From the NCBI RefSeq assembly GCF_003334385.1, contig NZ_QOWN01000016.1: 64,000 nucleotides of DNA. One strand, written 5' to 3'. The position numbers and the translations under genes are program-made. Below, in pieces: positions 1 through 11,203 of the stretch; position 1 is the stretch's first letter; every line of letters begins with the position of its first letter. The DNA comes from Escherichia coli. GTDB lineage: Bacteria > Pseudomonadota > Gammaproteobacteria > Enterobacterales > Enterobacteriaceae. The notes below the pieces were generated by a model. That model made no database searches, was not told where the DNA came from, and saw nothing but the letters and a program-made list of their open reading frames with translations.

Positions 1-72
1 CAGAAGTGAAACGCCGTAGCGCCGATGGTAGTGTGGGGTCTCCCCATGCGAGAGTAGGGAACTGCCAGGCAT
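1..72 (+). rRNA. rrfD: 5S rRNA, 3' portion (gene starts upstream of window); first of two 5S copies at the distal end of an rrnD-type operon
   Basis: Window opens inside the canonical E. coli 5S sequence (...GAAGTGAAACGCCGTAGCGCCGATGGTAGTGTGGGGTCTCCCCATGCGAGAGTAGGGAACTGCCAGGCAT), identical to the complete copy at 198-317. Confidence 0.9.
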
Positions 73-84
73 CAAATTTAGCGT

Positions 85-160
85 GCTGATATGGCTCAGT
101 TGGTAGAGCGCACCCTTGGTAAGGGTGAGGTCCCCAGTTCGACTCTGGGTATCAGCACCA
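85..160 (+). tRNA. thrV: tRNA-Thr (anticodon GGU)
   Basis: 76-nt sequence GCTGATATGGCTCAGTTGGTAGAGCGCACCCTTGGTAAGGGTGAGGTCCCCAGTTCGACTCTGGGTATCAGCACCA with encoded CCA end; lies between two 5S genes as in rrnD. Confidence 0.92.
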
Positions 161-197
161 CTTTTTAGGTTAAAGTTCGGCAGATTAGAAAAGAATT

Positions 198-317
198 TGT
201 CTGGCGGCAGTAGCGCGGTGGTCCCACCTGACCCCATGCCGAACTCAGAAGTGAAACGCCGTAGCGCCGATGGTAGTGTGGGGTCTCCCCATGCGAGAGT
301 AGGGAACTGCCAGGCAT
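198..317 (+). rRNA. rrfF: 5S rRNA, complete 120-nt copy
   Basis: TGTCTGGCGGCAGTAGCGCGGTGGTCCCACCTGACCCCATGCC...GGGAACTGCCAGGCAT; second 5S gene after thrV. Confidence 0.92.
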
Positions 318-322
318 CAAAT

Positions 323-366
323 AAAACGAAAGGCTCAGTCGGAAGACTGGGCCTTTCGTTTTATCT
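323..366 (+). terminator. rrn operon terminator T1 (hairpin plus U-tract)
   Basis: AAACGAAAGGCTCAGTCGGAAGACTGGGCCTTTCGTTTTAT immediately after the 5S gene. Confidence 0.75.
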
Positions 367-496
367 GTTGTTTGTCGGTGAACGCTCTCCTGAGTAGGAC
401 AAATCCGCCGGGAGCGGATTTGAACGTTGCGAAGCAACGGCCCGGAGGGTGGCGGGCAGGACGCCCGCCATAAACTGCCAGACATCAAATCAAGCG

Positions 497-530
497 AAAG
501 GCCATCCGAAAGGATGGCCTTTTTGCTTTT
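497..530 (+). terminator. rrn operon terminator T2-like hairpin plus U-tract
   Basis: AAAGGCCATCC-GAAA-GGATGGCCTTTTTGCTTTT; the stretch between T1 and T2 contains a degenerate 5S 3'-end-like segment (AAACTGCCAGACATCAAAT). Confidence 0.6.
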
Positions 531-545
531 CGAACTAACATTCAA

Positions 546-1304
546 TTAATGGATTACCTGCGATAAAAATGCCCTCGTACGCTCTGATTTAGGATGCGCA
601 AAAAATTCATCAGGTGCAGCTTGCTCCACTATTTCCCCACGATCCATAAAAATTACCCGGTCAGCGACGGTTCGTGCAAACCCCATCTCATGTGTTACAC
701 ACAACATTGTCATACCCGACTGCGCCAGCCCAATCATCGTATCCAGCACCTCTTTCACCATCTCAGGATCGAGCGCCGACGTTGGCTCATCAAACAACAT
801 AATTTTCGGCTTCATACACAGCGAACGCGCAATGGCAACGCGTTGCTGCTGACCACCTGAAATCTGTCCGGGAAACTTATGCGCATGTTCGGCAATTCTC
901 ACCCGCTCTAGGTAATGCACCGCCAGATCTTCAGCCTCTTTCTTAGGCATCTTGCGTACCCAAATCGGTGCCAGGGTACAGTTCTGTAAAACGGTCAGAT
1001 GAGGGAAGAGATTGAAATGCTGAAAGACCATTCCCACTTCCTGCCTGACGCGCTCAATATTGCGGATATCTTCATTAAGTTCGATGCCATCTACCACGAT
1101 CCGTCCCTGTTGATGTTCTTCCAGATGATTAATACAACGAATGGTTGTCGATTTACCGGAACCTGAAGGGCCACACAGAACGATCCGTTCTCCCGGTTGC
1201 ACGGTTAAATTTATATTTTTCAAAACATGGAATTGTCCATACCATTTATTGACGTTTTCCAGCGTAATCATCGCGTTAGCAGGTTGCAGTAAAATTTGGC
1301 TCAT
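546..1304 (-). CDS. yhdZ: amino-acid ABC transporter ATP-binding protein
   Basis: 252 aa; Walker [13 protein letters not shown] signature ISGGQQQR; last gene of yhdWXYZ. Confidence 0.9.
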   Translation of the reverse strand: MSQILLQPANAMITLENVNKWYGQFHVLKNINLTVQPGERIVLCGPSGSGKSTTIRCINHLEEHQQGRIVVDGIELNEDIRNIERVRQEVGMVFQHFNLFPHLTVLQNCTLAPIWVRKMPKKEAEDLAVHYLERVRIAEHAHKFPGQISGGQQQRVAIARSLCMKPKIMLFDEPTSALDPEMVKEVLDTMIGLAQSGMTMLCVTHEMGFARTVADRVIFMDRGEIVEQAAPDEFFAHPKSERTRAFLSQVIH

Positions 1305-1311
1305 AGTGTCC

Positions 1312-2415
1312 TCAATGCGGTATACGCCCGGTGTTAAAACGTTTTTCCAGATACTGGCTATAGCGCGACATGCTGAAACAGAAGATCCAGTAGATCAGCG
1401 CGGCGAAAACATACCCTTCCGTCGACATACCCAACCAGGCGGGATCAACGGTTGCCTGCTGAACGCTACTGAAAAGATCGAACAACCCGATAATGATCAC
1501 CAGGCTGGTATCTTTGAAGAGTGCGATGATGGTATTTACCAGCCCAGGAATTACCAGCTTCAACGCCTGTGGCAGAATAACCAGCCCCTGAGTTTTCCAG
1601 TAACCCAACGCCAGCGACTCTGCCGCTTCATATTGCCCTTTAGGCAGCGCCTGTAATCCACCTCGCACGACTTCCGCAACATATGCTGACTGAAACAGGA
1701 TCACGCCAACCAGCGCGCGGATCAATTTGTCGATACTGGTGCCTTCTGCCATAAACAACGGCAGCATGACCGAAGACATAAACAGAACGGTAATCAGCGG
1801 CACGCCGCGCCAGAATTCGATAAAAATGACCGATAAGATACGCACAATCGGCATATGGGAGCGGCGACCTAACGCCAGTAAGATCCCCCACGGTAGCGCC
1901 CCCGCAATCCCAACTGATGCAATAATTAAAGTTAGCGTCAGCCCGCCCCATTGCCGGGTTTCAACCCGCTCAAGAGCAAAAAAACCGCCATACATCAGCC
2001 ACCAGACAATCAGTGGGTAAATCACCGCCCAGGCCGCAATATAGCGACCGCGATGCGGGAGTATTTTCCAGAACATTGGTGCGATCGACACAAGCCCAAT
2101 CAGTAATGCGAGGTTAATTCGCCAGCGTTGGTCGTGTGGGTAAAGCCCATACATAAACTGACCAAATCGTTCGTGGATGAAGACCCAACAGGCACCGGCT
2201 TTTGTGCAGTCGGCACGCGGTGAGCCAACCCAGTTAGCCTGCAAAAATGCCCAGTTCAGCAACGGTGGGATCAGTTCCCACATCAACCATATGCAGCCAA
2301 TAGTCAGCAGGCTATTGCTCCAGCTGGAGAACAGATTTTTTCGCACCCACACCATCGCGCGGCTTGAGTTATGGCTCGCCGGGCGCGGGGGATGAGACAG
2401 CAATACTTTTGTCAT
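1312..2415 (-). CDS. yhdY: amino-acid ABC transporter permease
   Basis: Polytopic membrane protein; second ATG chosen (AAGGAG 5 nt upstream) giving 367 aa; ORF track starts one codon earlier. Confidence 0.85.
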   Translation of the reverse strand: MTKVLLSHPPRPASHNSSRAMVWVRKNLFSSWSNSLLTIGCIWLMWELIPPLLNWAFLQANWVGSPRADCTKAGACWVFIHERFGQFMYGLYPHDQRWRINLALLIGLVSIAPMFWKILPHRGRYIAAWAVIYPLIVWWLMYGGFFALERVETRQWGGLTLTLIIASVGIAGALPWGILLALGRRSHMPIVRILSVIFIEFWRGVPLITVLFMSSVMLPLFMAEGTSIDKLIRALVGVILFQSAYVAEVVRGGLQALPKGQYEAAESLALGYWKTQGLVILPQALKLVIPGLVNTIIALFKDTSLVIIIGLFDLFSSVQQATVDPAWLGMSTEGYVFAALIYWIFCFSMSRYSQYLEKRFNTGRIPH

Positions 2416-2424
2416 CATGACTCC

Positions 2425-3606
2425 TTAGCGTTCAACGATCGCGATGCGGCGGTTATAGATATTCATCAGCAGCGAGATAGTCAGGCTGATAATCAGATAG
2501 ACCGACATGGTCATGGCTATCGTCTCGATGGCTTGCCCCGTCTGATTCAGCACGGTGCCGGCAAACAGCGAAACCATATCGGGATAGCCAATAGCGGCGG
2601 CAAGAGAGGAGTTTTTGACGATGTTGAGATACTGGCTGGTTAACGGTGGAATAATCACCCGCAATGCCTGGGGAATAATGACCTGGCGTAGCGTAACCGG
2701 GTTGGGTAATCCCAGTGACCGAGCCGCTTCATGTTGACCATAAGGCACTGCCTGGATCCCAGCGCGGATAATCTCGGCGATAAATGCAGATGTATAAACC
2801 GAAAGTGCCAGCGTTAAGGCTGCCAGTTCAGGAATTAAAACCATCCCGCCGCGGAAGTTAAAGCCTCGTAGGGCTGGGACATCCCAGTGTAGTGCTGCGC
2901 CAAAAAGCCATTGCGCCAGTAAAGGCAAACCAATGATCAACACTGCGGCGATCGGCCAGGTGCGGCGCAGTTGTCCGGTCTTTATCTGGTATGTTTTATT
3001 AAAGCGGAATAGCCCAACAGAAAGGACTATAGCCATAACAACAGCCAGGATAAACGCAATAAATCCGTCTCCCAGCTGCGGTGACGGAATATAAAGCCCA
3101 CGATTGCTCAAAAAGGCCAGATCAAACGCGCTCACAGCCTGGCGTGGTCCGGGCAAATTGCGCAACACGGCAAAGTACCAGAAGAAGATTTGCAGCAGCG
3201 GGGGAATATTACGGAAGATCTCAATATAAATTGTGGAAAGCTTTCGTAGCAGCCAGTTATCCGAAAGTCTCGCCAGACCGATAAAGAAGCCCAAAACAGA
3301 AGCGAACACAATACACAATGCAGAAACCAGTAGCGTATTGAGTAAGCCGACAATAAAAACGCGTCCGTAGGTGTCGCCCTGCTGGTAATCGATCAAATGC
3401 TGGACAATACCGAAGCCAGCGCCGCGATCCAGAAAGGCAAAACCTGAAGTAATGCCACGATTATTGAGATTCGTTACAGTGTTGTGAAATAACCAACCAA
3501 CAATGCCGACAACAGCAACAACGGCAAGGATCTGGAATAACCAGGCGCGAACCGTAGGGTTGGCAAAAGAGAGTGAGCCTTTAACGGTTGAGCGGCGATG
3601 AGACAT
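2425..3606 (-). CDS. yhdX: amino-acid ABC transporter permease
   Basis: Membrane permease; ATG at 3606 with GAGG upstream gives 393 aa; ORF track extends 6 codons further. Confidence 0.85.
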   Translation of the reverse strand: MSHRRSTVKGSLSFANPTVRAWLFQILAVVAVVGIVGWLFHNTVTNLNNRGITSGFAFLDRGAGFGIVQHLIDYQQGDTYGRVFIVGLLNTLLVSALCIVFASVLGFFIGLARLSDNWLLRKLSTIYIEIFRNIPPLLQIFFWYFAVLRNLPGPRQAVSAFDLAFLSNRGLYIPSPQLGDGFIAFILAVVMAIVLSVGLFRFNKTYQIKTGQLRRTWPIAAVLIIGLPLLAQWLFGAALHWDVPALRGFNFRGGMVLIPELAALTLALSVYTSAFIAEIIRAGIQAVPYGQHEAARSLGLPNPVTLRQVIIPQALRVIIPPLTSQYLNIVKNSSLAAAIGYPDMVSLFAGTVLNQTGQAIETIAMTMSVYLIISLTISLLMNIYNRRIAIVER

Positions 3607-3673
3607 AGAAACCTCGGAAAGCATAACGCTGAAGAGAGCGCCGCCGTAGCGACGCTCGTTACCTCACACCGAC

Positions 3674-4699
3674 TTAACGCACGGGCGGTGCGTACTGAAT
3701 ACCGCCGTTATTCCAGAGATTATTTTGCCCACGTTTAATTTTCAGCGGGCTTTCTGAACCTACGTTACGCTCAAAAATTTCCGAGTAGTTACCCACCTGT
3801 TTGATGATGTTATAGGCCCATTTATTATCCAGCTTCAGATCCTTGCCGTAATCGCCTTCTTTACCCAGCAGATGTGCCATATCAGGCGTTGCTGGATTAG
3901 CCGCTTTTTCATCGACGTTCTGGGAATTGATGCCCATCTCTTCAGCATTCAGCATGGCGAAAAGCGTCCAGCGTACAATCGAGAACCATTCATCATCGCC
4001 ACGACGAACTACCGGACCAAGCGGTTCTTTTGAGATAACTTCCGGTAAGACAATCCATTCAGCTGGGTTGCTTAATTTGATGCGCAGGGCATACAGTTGT
4101 GATTGATCCGAGGCCAGCGTATCGCAGCGACCAGATTCCAGTGCCTTCGCTGATTCGTCAGAGCGATCGAAAGTCACCGGTGTGTACTTCATATTGTTTG
4201 CCTTGAAGTAGTCGGCGACGTTGAGTTCGGTATCAGTACCCGCCTGAATACAGACGGTAGCGCCATCCAGTTCTTTCGCGCTTTTTAGCCCCGCTTTATC
4301 GTGCGTCAGGAAGCCAATGCCGTCGTAATAAGTGACGCCGGTAAATGCCATTCCCATCCCGGCATCGCGAGATGAAGTCCAGGTCGTATTACGGGAGAGC
4401 AAATCCACCTCCCCTGACTGTAAAGCGGTGAAGCGTTCTTTTGCAGTGAGCGGGGTATATTTCACTTTCGTGTCGTCACCAAATACAGCAGCGGCAACAC
4501 CACGACAAATATCAACATCAATACCTGAAAACTTACCGTCAGCATCGGCATAAGAGAACCCAGGTAATCCATCACTGATCCCGCATTGCACAAAACCTTT
4601 TTTCTGAACGGCATCAAGCGTCGCGCCAGCATGCGCCTGATTTGCAACGGCAAGCAGCACGCTGGCGGCAGCCAGTGTGGCTATCATCATCTTTTTCAT
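3674..4699 (-). CDS. yhdW: periplasmic amino-acid-binding protein of the ABC system
   Basis: 341 aa, N-terminal signal peptide MKKMMIATLAAASVLLAVANQAHA, solute-binding protein family 3 features. Confidence 0.88.
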   Translation of the reverse strand: MKKMMIATLAAASVLLAVANQAHAGATLDAVQKKGFVQCGISDGLPGFSYADADGKFSGIDVDICRGVAAAVFGDDTKVKYTPLTAKERFTALQSGEVDLLSRNTTWTSSRDAGMGMAFTGVTYYDGIGFLTHDKAGLKSAKELDGATVCIQAGTDTELNVADYFKANNMKYTPVTFDRSDESAKALESGRCDTLASDQSQLYALRIKLSNPAEWIVLPEVISKEPLGPVVRRGDDEWFSIVRWTLFAMLNAEEMGINSQNVDEKAANPATPDMAHLLGKEGDYGKDLKLDNKWAYNIIKQVGNYSEIFERNVGSESPLKIKRGQNNLWNNGGIQYAPPVR

Positions 4700-5129
4700 A
4701 ATGCTTCCTGTGAGGCGAAAATTATCGTTATAGGACGTTTGGGAAACGTCTTTTACCTGTCTGTGGCCATCCTCTTATAAGCAAAAGTAGTGCCAGCTTT
4801 TGCGCACGATTTCGCGTCGCAATAAGCTGAGTGTAGACAGGAAATAATAAAAACAGCGCTCCGCAATGGTGCGAAAATGAAACATGCGCCACATTTTGGC
4901 GCAAAATATTTACGCGTGTTTTACTAAGCAGAATAATGATTGTTAGCGTGAGTATATTTCTGGTGGGAAGTGTGAAAATTAAATTGATGCGTTATTTCGA
5001 AAGCAGCGAAATAACGCGATGTAACATGCTAAATCAGCAGGGAATTACCCAGCAGAATATAGCAATATTTTATCTTATGGAGAGATTCTGTATCGTTAAA
5101 AAGAGCGCGGAACTCCGCGCCCTGTTCAG

Positions 5130-5351
5130 TTATTTCGATAGAGCGATGATCCCCATCGTCAGGCCAGCAACAGCAGCTGCCCCGCCGGCAATAGCCCCAG
5201 CCGTTTCCCAGTTATCCTGAGTCGTGCCTTTCATACAGGTATTGGTGTGAACCAGACGACCCTGATCGTCATAAACCGGAACGCAGGGCGAATCGTGAGC
5301 ACAGCCCGCCAGCAATGCGGTGAGCAATGCCACAGGAATTAATCTTTTCAT
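5130..5351 (-). CDS. yhdV: small lipoprotein
   Basis: 73 aa, lipobox LLAGC after signal peptide, Gly/Ala-rich C-terminus. Confidence 0.75.
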   Translation of the reverse strand: MKRLIPVALLTALLAGCAHDSPCVPVYDDQGRLVHTNTCMKGTTQDNWETAGAIAGGAAAVAGLTMGIIALSK

Positions 5352-5603
5352 GGTGTTACCTCAGTAATAAACGCTAACGCTTAATAAGTTAACTCTCTTA
5401 TTAACGAGCTGAATGCCATTTTATCACCGGAGGTTATAAATCTTGCGGAATGAATAATGACAAATTATGTGAATTGTAAAAATAGTGAAGGGAGCGGGAA
5501 CTATAGAAAGCTTTTAAAGAGTGAGCAGAAGAATATCTTATTAATTTTTATGGGTTTCACTGGAAATAATAAAGGCACCCGAAAGCGCCTTTATGTTTCT
5601 GAT

Positions 5604-8600
5604 TTATCCTTTAAAGCAACGGCGGATCACCACAAAGAACACCGGTACGAAGAAGATTGCCAGCAACGTTGCAGAGACCATTCCTCCCATTACCCCGATA
5701 CCCACAGCGTTCTGCGCGCCACTGCCGGCACCGTTACTGATAGCTAGCGGTAATACGCCGAGAATAAAGGCGAGAGAGGTCATCAGGATAGGACGCAGAC
5801 GCATACGTACTGCCATCAGTGTCGCTTCAACAACACCTTTACCCTCTTTCTCCATGAGATCTTTAGCGAACTCAACGATCAAAATAGCGTTTTTGGCCGA
5901 CAAGCCAATTGTCGTTAGCAAGCCCACCATAAAGTAGACGTCATTTTTTTGATTAAAGAGTGTCGCCGCCAGCAGCACGCCGACAATCCCTAACGGCACT
6001 ACCAACATAACCGAGACAGGAATTGACCAGCTTTCATAGAGTGCAGCAAGGCACAGGAAAACAACCACAAAGGAAATTGCTACCAGAGCGGGAGCCTGGT
6101 TTCCCGATAAGCGTTCCTGATACGACATACCCGTCCAGTCATAACCAATGCCCGCAGGTAATTTTGACGCAAGGTTTTCCATCAACGCCATGGCATCGCC
6201 GGAACTGGTTCCTGGCGCGGCTTCCCCCTGAATCTCCATTGACGGCAGACCGTTGTAGCGTTCCAGTCGCGGAGAGCCATACACCCAATGTGAAGTGGTA
6301 AAGGCCGAGAATGGCACCATTTCGCCGTTGGCGCTGCGGACATAAAGTTTATCGACATCTTCTGGCAGCATACGGAATTTGGCATCCGCCTGAACATACA
6401 ACTTTTTCACGCGACCACGGTCGATGAAGTCGTTAACGTAAGTCCCACCCAGCGCCGTTGAAATGGTCTGATTGATGTCAGAAAGTGAAACACCTAATGC
6501 CTGCGCCTTTTCCTGGTCAACTTCCAGTTTAAACTGCGCGGTGTCTTCCAGGCCATTAGGGCGCACGCTGACTAAGCTGGCAGGATGTTGCGCCGCCATA
6601 CCAAGCAACTGGTTACGGGCCTGGGTTAGGGCATCGTGACCCAGCCCAGCCTGATCAATTAACTCAAAGTCGAAACCCGTTGCCGTGCCCAGTTCAACAA
6701 TGGCTGGCATATTGAATGGAATGACAAAACCGTCGCGGATCTTGCCCAATTCCATTTTGGCACGATGGATTACCGCTTCCGCACTGTTTTCGTCACCATT
6801 ACGCTCTTCCCACGGTTTCAGACTGACGAAGGCCATACCGGCGTTTTGTGCCTGGCCGCTGAAGCTAAAGCCGTTAACCGTAAAGACACTTTCAACGTTC
6901 GCTTTCTCGTTCTTCAGATAGTAATCCGTAACTTGATCCAACACTTTTTGCGTCCGCTCTTGCGTCGCGCCAGCGGGTAACTGAATCATGGTCAGAAAGA
7001 CACCCTGATCCTCTTCAGGTAAGAAGGAAGACGGAAGACGTAAAAACAACACCACCATTCCTGCAACAATCAGCGCATAGATCAGTAAATATCGTCCTGT
7101 GGATCCGAGGATTTTGCCGACGCTGTTGGTGTAGTGGTTAACGCTATGATCGAAGGTGGTATTAAACCAACCGAAGAAACCGCCCTTATTTTCGTGATGC
7201 TCAGCAGAGACGGGTTTAAGCAGCGTTGCACATAACGCAGGGGTAAGAATCAATGCCACCAGAACAGAAAGCGCCATTGCCGAAACGATGGTGATAGAGA
7301 ACTGGCGATAAATTGCCCCAGTAGAACCGCCGAAGAATGCCATCGGAATAAATACCGCTGACAGCACCATCGCGATACCCACCAGTGCGCCCTGAATTTG
7401 CGACATCGATTTTTCCGTCGCTTCTTTTGGCGGGAGCTTATCCTCCATCATCACGCGCTTGACGTTCTCCACCACCACTATCGCATCATCGACGAGCAGC
7501 CCGATGGCAAGCACCATCCCGAACATCGTTAGTGTGTTGATGGAGTAACCAAAAGCGGCGAGGATGGCAAACGTCCCTAACAACACCACGGGTACCGCAA
7601 TGGTGGGGATCAGCGTTGCTCGCATATTCTGCAAGAACAGATACATCACCAGGAACACCAGCATAATGGCTTCGAACAGCGTTTTTACCACTTCGTGAAT
7701 AGAAAGCTGGACGAATGGCGTGGTGTCATAAGGGTAGAGAACCTTCATTCCCTGCGGGAAGAATGGCTGTAATTCCGCCAGTTTTGCCTTAATGGCTTTC
7801 GCGGTATCGAGAGCATTCGCGCCGGTTGCCAGCTTAATCCCCAGGCCCGCCGCCGGTTTTCCGTTGATACGAGCGATAACGTTATAGTTTTCACCGCCAA
7901 GTTCAACCCGTGCGACATCTTTCAGGCGTACCACCGAGCCGTCACTGTTTACGCGCAGGGTCACTTTGCCGAATTCTTCCGGATTTTTAAACCGCGTCTG
8001 AGCAATAATCGAGGCGTTCAATTGTTGCCCTGGTAACGCTGGCGTTCCGCCCAACTGTCCGGCAGCGATCTGATCGTTCTGTACCTTCAACTGGTTAATC
8101 ACATCAACCGGTGTCAGTTTATATTTGTTTAGCAGATCGGCATCCAGCCAGATACGCATCGCATACTGTGCGCCGAAAAGCTGTACGTCACCGACGCCAT
8201 TCAGACGGCTAAGCGTATCTTTAACGTTAGAGGCCACATAGTCCGAGATATCGTCCTGTGTGGTGCCTGGGTTATCAGAGACAAAGCCCGCCACCATCAA
8301 ATAGCTGCTACTGGACTTTTCAACACTGATCCCCTGCTGCTGAACCTCCTGCGGCAGCAACGGCGTGGCGAGCTGGAGTTTGTTCTGCACCTGCACTTGC
8401 GCGATATCAGGATCGGTCCCGGACTGGAAGGTAAGGGTAATTGTCACGCTACCGGCGGAATCGCTGGTGGAGGACATATACATCAGGTTATCGATACCGT
8501 TCATATTCTGTTCGATAACCTGCGTCACCGTATCCTGCACGGTCTGCGCATCAGCGCCCGGATAGTTTGCTGAAACAGAAACCGCAGGCGGTGCAATTGT

Positions 8601-8708
8601 TGGATACTGAGCGACGGGCAATTGTAGGATCGCCAGTGCGCCCGCCATCATCAGAATAATGGCCAGCACCCATGCAAATATCGGTCGTCGAATAAAAAAG
8701 TTTGCCAT
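5604..8708 (-). CDS. acrF: RND multidrug efflux pump, inner-membrane transporter
   Basis: 1034 aa, 12-TM RND architecture, AcrB paralogue; follows acrE with a 12-bp gap. Confidence 0.93.
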   Translation of the reverse strand: MANFFIRRPIFAWVLAIILMMAGALAILQLPVAQYPTIAPPAVSVSANYPGADAQTVQDTVTQVIEQNMNGIDNLMYMSSTSDSAGSVTITLTFQSGTDPDIAQVQVQNKLQLATPLLPQEVQQQGISVEKSSSSYLMVAGFVSDNPGTTQDDISDYVASNVKDTLSRLNGVGDVQLFGAQYAMRIWLDADLLNKYKLTPVDVINQLKVQNDQIAAGQLGGTPALPGQQLNASIIAQTRFKNPEEFGKVTLRVNSDGSVVRLKDVARVELGGENYNVIARINGKPAAGLGIKLATGANALDTAKAIKAKLAELQPFFPQGMKVLYPYDTTPFVQLSIHEVVKTLFEAIMLVFLVMYLFLQNMRATLIPTIAVPVVLLGTFAILAAFGYSINTLTMFGMVLAIGLLVDDAIVVVENVKRVMMEDKLPPKEATEKSMSQIQGALVGIAMVLSAVFIPMAFFGGSTGAIYRQFSITIVSAMALSVLVALILTPALCATLLKPVSAEHHENKGGFFGWFNTTFDHSVNHYTNSVGKILGSTGRYLLIYALIVAGMVVLFLRLPSSFLPEEDQGVFLTMIQLPAGATQERTQKVLDQVTDYYLKNEKANVESVFTVNGFSFSGQAQNAGMAFVSLKPWEERNGDENSAEAVIHRAKMELGKIRDGFVIPFNMPAIVELGTATGFDFELIDQAGLGHDALTQARNQLLGMAAQHPASLVSVRPNGLEDTAQFKLEVDQEKAQALGVSLSDINQTISTALGGTYVNDFIDRGRVKKLYVQADAKFRMLPEDVDKLYVRSANGEMVPFSAFTTSHWVYGSPRLERYNGLPSMEIQGEAAPGTSSGDAMALMENLASKLPAGIGYDWTGMSYQERLSGNQAPALVAISFVVVFLCLAALYESWSIPVSVMLVVPLGIVGVLLAATLFNQKNDVYFMVGLLTTIGLSAKNAILIVEFAKDLMEKEGKGVVEATLMAVRMRLRPILMTSLAFILGVLPLAISNGAGSGAQNAVGIGVMGGMVSATLLAIFFVPVFFVVIRRCFKG

Positions 8709-8719
8709 GTCAGATTACC

Positions 8720-9877
8720 TTACTTCGATGCAGTATCTGCGGGGGTATCGGTAGTGGCTTTAACCTGCTCTCCCGGACGCGCTTTTTGCAGGCCGCTGAC
8801 AATGACTTGATCGCCAGATTTCAGTCCTTCACTAATCAACCATTTATCGCCAATCGCCTGACTGGCAACGACAGGGCGCGCTTCAACCTGACTTTTATCG
8901 TTAACAATCAGCACGGTTGCATCACCACGCGGTGTGCGGCTAACGCCTTGTTGCGGGATAAGAATGGCGTCAGGTTGGACGCCTTCATCAATCCGTGCAC
9001 GCACAAACATACCCGGCAAAAGCGTATGTTGCGGGTTAGGGAAGACAGCACGTAGGGTTATGGAGCCGGTGCTTTCATCAACGGTCACATCGGAGAATTG
9101 CAGCGTACCTTTCAGGGGATAGGTTTGACCGTTTTCCATGACCAACTCTACGTTGCTGGTGGCGTTTTCCTTATGCAAATTTCCTTGCTCTACGGATTGC
9201 TTCAGCCTCATAAAATCGTTGCTGGATTGGGTCACATCAACGTAGATAGGATCGAGCTGCTGGACAGTCGCCAGTTCAGTCGTTTGCCCATTAGTGACAA
9301 GAGCGCCTTCGGTCACAGTCGATTTGCCGATACGTCCGCTAATTGGCGCAGTGACTTTGGTATAAGCAAGATTGATGCGAGCGCTTTCGACTGTGGCTTT
9401 TGCGGCAATCACGGCGGCATCGGCCTGACGAGCATCAGCAATGGCCTGGTCGTACTCCTGCTGGCTGATGTATTTCGTACCCACGAGCGGAACGTAACGT
9501 TTTACCGTCAAATGCGCGATGGCGGCGGCGGCTTCACTTTTCGCCAGTTCGCCTTTCGCGCTGTCATAATTTGCCTGATAGGTCGCGGGATCGATCTGGT
9601 ACAGGGACTGGCCTGCTTGCACATCGCTGCCTTCAGTGAAATTGCGATTCAGTACGATCCCGCTAACCTGTGGGCGAACTTCGGCTATACGATAAGCATT
9701 GGTGCGGCCTGGTAATTCAGTCTTAACTTCTAACGGGGCCGTTTTTACAATATGAACGGTAACCTGCGGTTCACCGACGTGAGCTTTCTCTTCTCCCTTA
9801 TCGTTACAACCGGCGATTAAAGCCGCGGAGATCAGAATAAAGGAGGGCAGGAGGAAAAACCTGGCATGTTTCGTCAT
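8720..9877 (-). CDS. acrE: RND efflux membrane-fusion lipoprotein
   Basis: 385 aa, lipobox LIAGC, HlyD/AcrA-like. Confidence 0.92.
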   Translation of the reverse strand: MTKHARFFLLPSFILISAALIAGCNDKGEEKAHVGEPQVTVHIVKTAPLEVKTELPGRTNAYRIAEVRPQVSGIVLNRNFTEGSDVQAGQSLYQIDPATYQANYDSAKGELAKSEAAAAIAHLTVKRYVPLVGTKYISQQEYDQAIADARQADAAVIAAKATVESARINLAYTKVTAPISGRIGKSTVTEGALVTNGQTTELATVQQLDPIYVDVTQSSNDFMRLKQSVEQGNLHKENATSNVELVMENGQTYPLKGTLQFSDVTVDESTGSITLRAVFPNPQHTLLPGMFVRARIDEGVQPDAILIPQQGVSRTPRGDATVLIVNDKSQVEARPVVASQAIGDKWLISEGLKSGDQVIVSGLQKARPGEQVKATTDTPADTASK

Positions 9878-10275
9878 TACTATTCCTCAAAAAACCAAAA
9901 GCGCGTTATTTACCCAAAAAGGCAACGCGTTAACTCGCAGAAAGAAAAATACAGTTCGCTATCCTACAAATTATCATTCGTCGATGTAAGGAATAGTTAT
10001 GAATACAGGCATCTCAAGGCACATAAACACAAAAAAAGATTAATATTCTACTGTTTTATTTTGACGCGGGTTGAAAGAGGCAGAATTAAAACCTCGTAAA
10101 TTGAAATATATATTGATGTAGTGAATGTATCTTAGGTAAATAATATATATTATTTATTTAACGATTTATAGCAACTCAATATTAGCCTCTCGTATAAATA
10201 CACATTAGGTGATAGATTAACCTTCGCTATTTTCTCACTCTGTGTCGAATATATTTATTTCCTGAATAATTAATC

Positions 10276-10938
10276 ATGGCAAAAAGAACCAAAGCCGAAG
10301 CTCTGAAGACCCGGCAAGAACTGATTGAAACTGCCATCGCCCAGTTTGCGCAGCATGGCGTAAGCAAGACGACGCTCAACGACATTGCCGACGCCGCTAA
10401 CGTTACGCGTGGCGCTATCTACTGGCACTTCGAAAACAAGACTCAACTGTTTAATGAGATGTGGTTGCAACAGCCTTCATTGCGGGAGTTAATCCAGGAA
10501 CACTTGACGGCTGGATTAGAGCATGACCCGTTTCAACAATTGCGTGAAAAATTGATTGTCGGCTTGCAATATATTGCCAAAATTCCCCGCCAGCAGGCGT
10601 TGCTGAAAATCTTATATCACAAATGTGAATTTAATGATGAGATGCTGGCCGAGGGAGTGATACGCGAAAAGATGGGCTTTAATCCGCAGACTCTCCGCGA
10701 AGTATTGCAGGCGTGTCAGCAACAAGGTTGTGTAGCAAATAACCTCGATTTAGATGTTGTGATGATTATTATTGATGGTGCCTTCAGCGGAATTGTTCAA
10801 AACTGGTTAATGAATATGGCGGGTTATGATCTTTATAAACAAGCCCCCGCTCTGGTCGATAACGTATTAAGAATGTTCATGCCAGATGAAAACATAACGA
10901 AATTAATTCATCAAACGAATGAATTAAGTGTCATGTAA
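10276..10938 (+). CDS. acrS: TetR-family repressor of acrEF (AcrS/EnvR)
   Basis: 220 aa, N-terminal TetR HTH (FAQHGVSKTTLNDIADAANVTRGAIYWHF); divergent from acrE across an AT-rich ~400-bp region. Confidence 0.9.
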   Translation: MAKRTKAEALKTRQELIETAIAQFAQHGVSKTTLNDIADAANVTRGAIYWHFENKTQLFNEMWLQQPSLRELIQEHLTAGLEHDPFQQLREKLIVGLQYIAKIPRQQALLKILYHKCEFNDEMLAEGVIREKMGFNPQTLREVLQACQQQGCVANNLDLDVVMIIIDGAFSGIVQNWLMNMAGYDLYKQAPALVDNVLRMFMPDENITKLIHQTNELSVM

Positions 10939-10940
10939 AT

Positions 10941-11120
10941 TCACATTCTGTCCTGAAAATTCAGTTCGTCACAGTTAACCAGTTTTAGTGGATTAACTGA
11001 GTTCATATTGCGGCATTTGTCTGTTTCTGTTGCCAGCAGTTCAATCCACTGCATCAGTAAAGTATCAAACAGAAAAACGAAGACAGCGAAAACGACGAGC
11101 CACCAATACTTGCGAATCAT
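10941..11120 (-). CDS. yhdU: small membrane protein (DUF2556)
   Basis: ATG at 11120 gives 59 aa MIRKYWWLVVFAVFVFLF...; ORF track extends 9 codons upstream. Confidence 0.7.
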   Translation of the reverse strand: MIRKYWWLVVFAVFVFLFDTLLMQWIELLATETDKCRNMNSVNPLKLVNCDELNFQDRM

Positions 11121-11203
11121 TACCTGAGCCTGTGCATGTTTAACCAAGTCTGGCAGGAAATATACACGAAATGAATAATCTGAAAACCAGGCTTACACAT
11201 CCT

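Noticed and set aside
318-535. Possibility that the rrnB-like T1/T2 terminator block indicates cloning-vector sequence
   Set aside because: It is preceded by an intact chromosomal 5S-tRNA-Thr-5S array, differs in detail from vector rrnB terminators, and continues seamlessly into yhdZ; it is the natural rrnD operon end
116-545. ORFs of 93 aa (+) and 126 aa (-) overlapping the 5S/tRNA-Thr/terminator region
   Set aside because: They lie entirely over structural RNA genes and terminator hairpins; no coding signal is plausible
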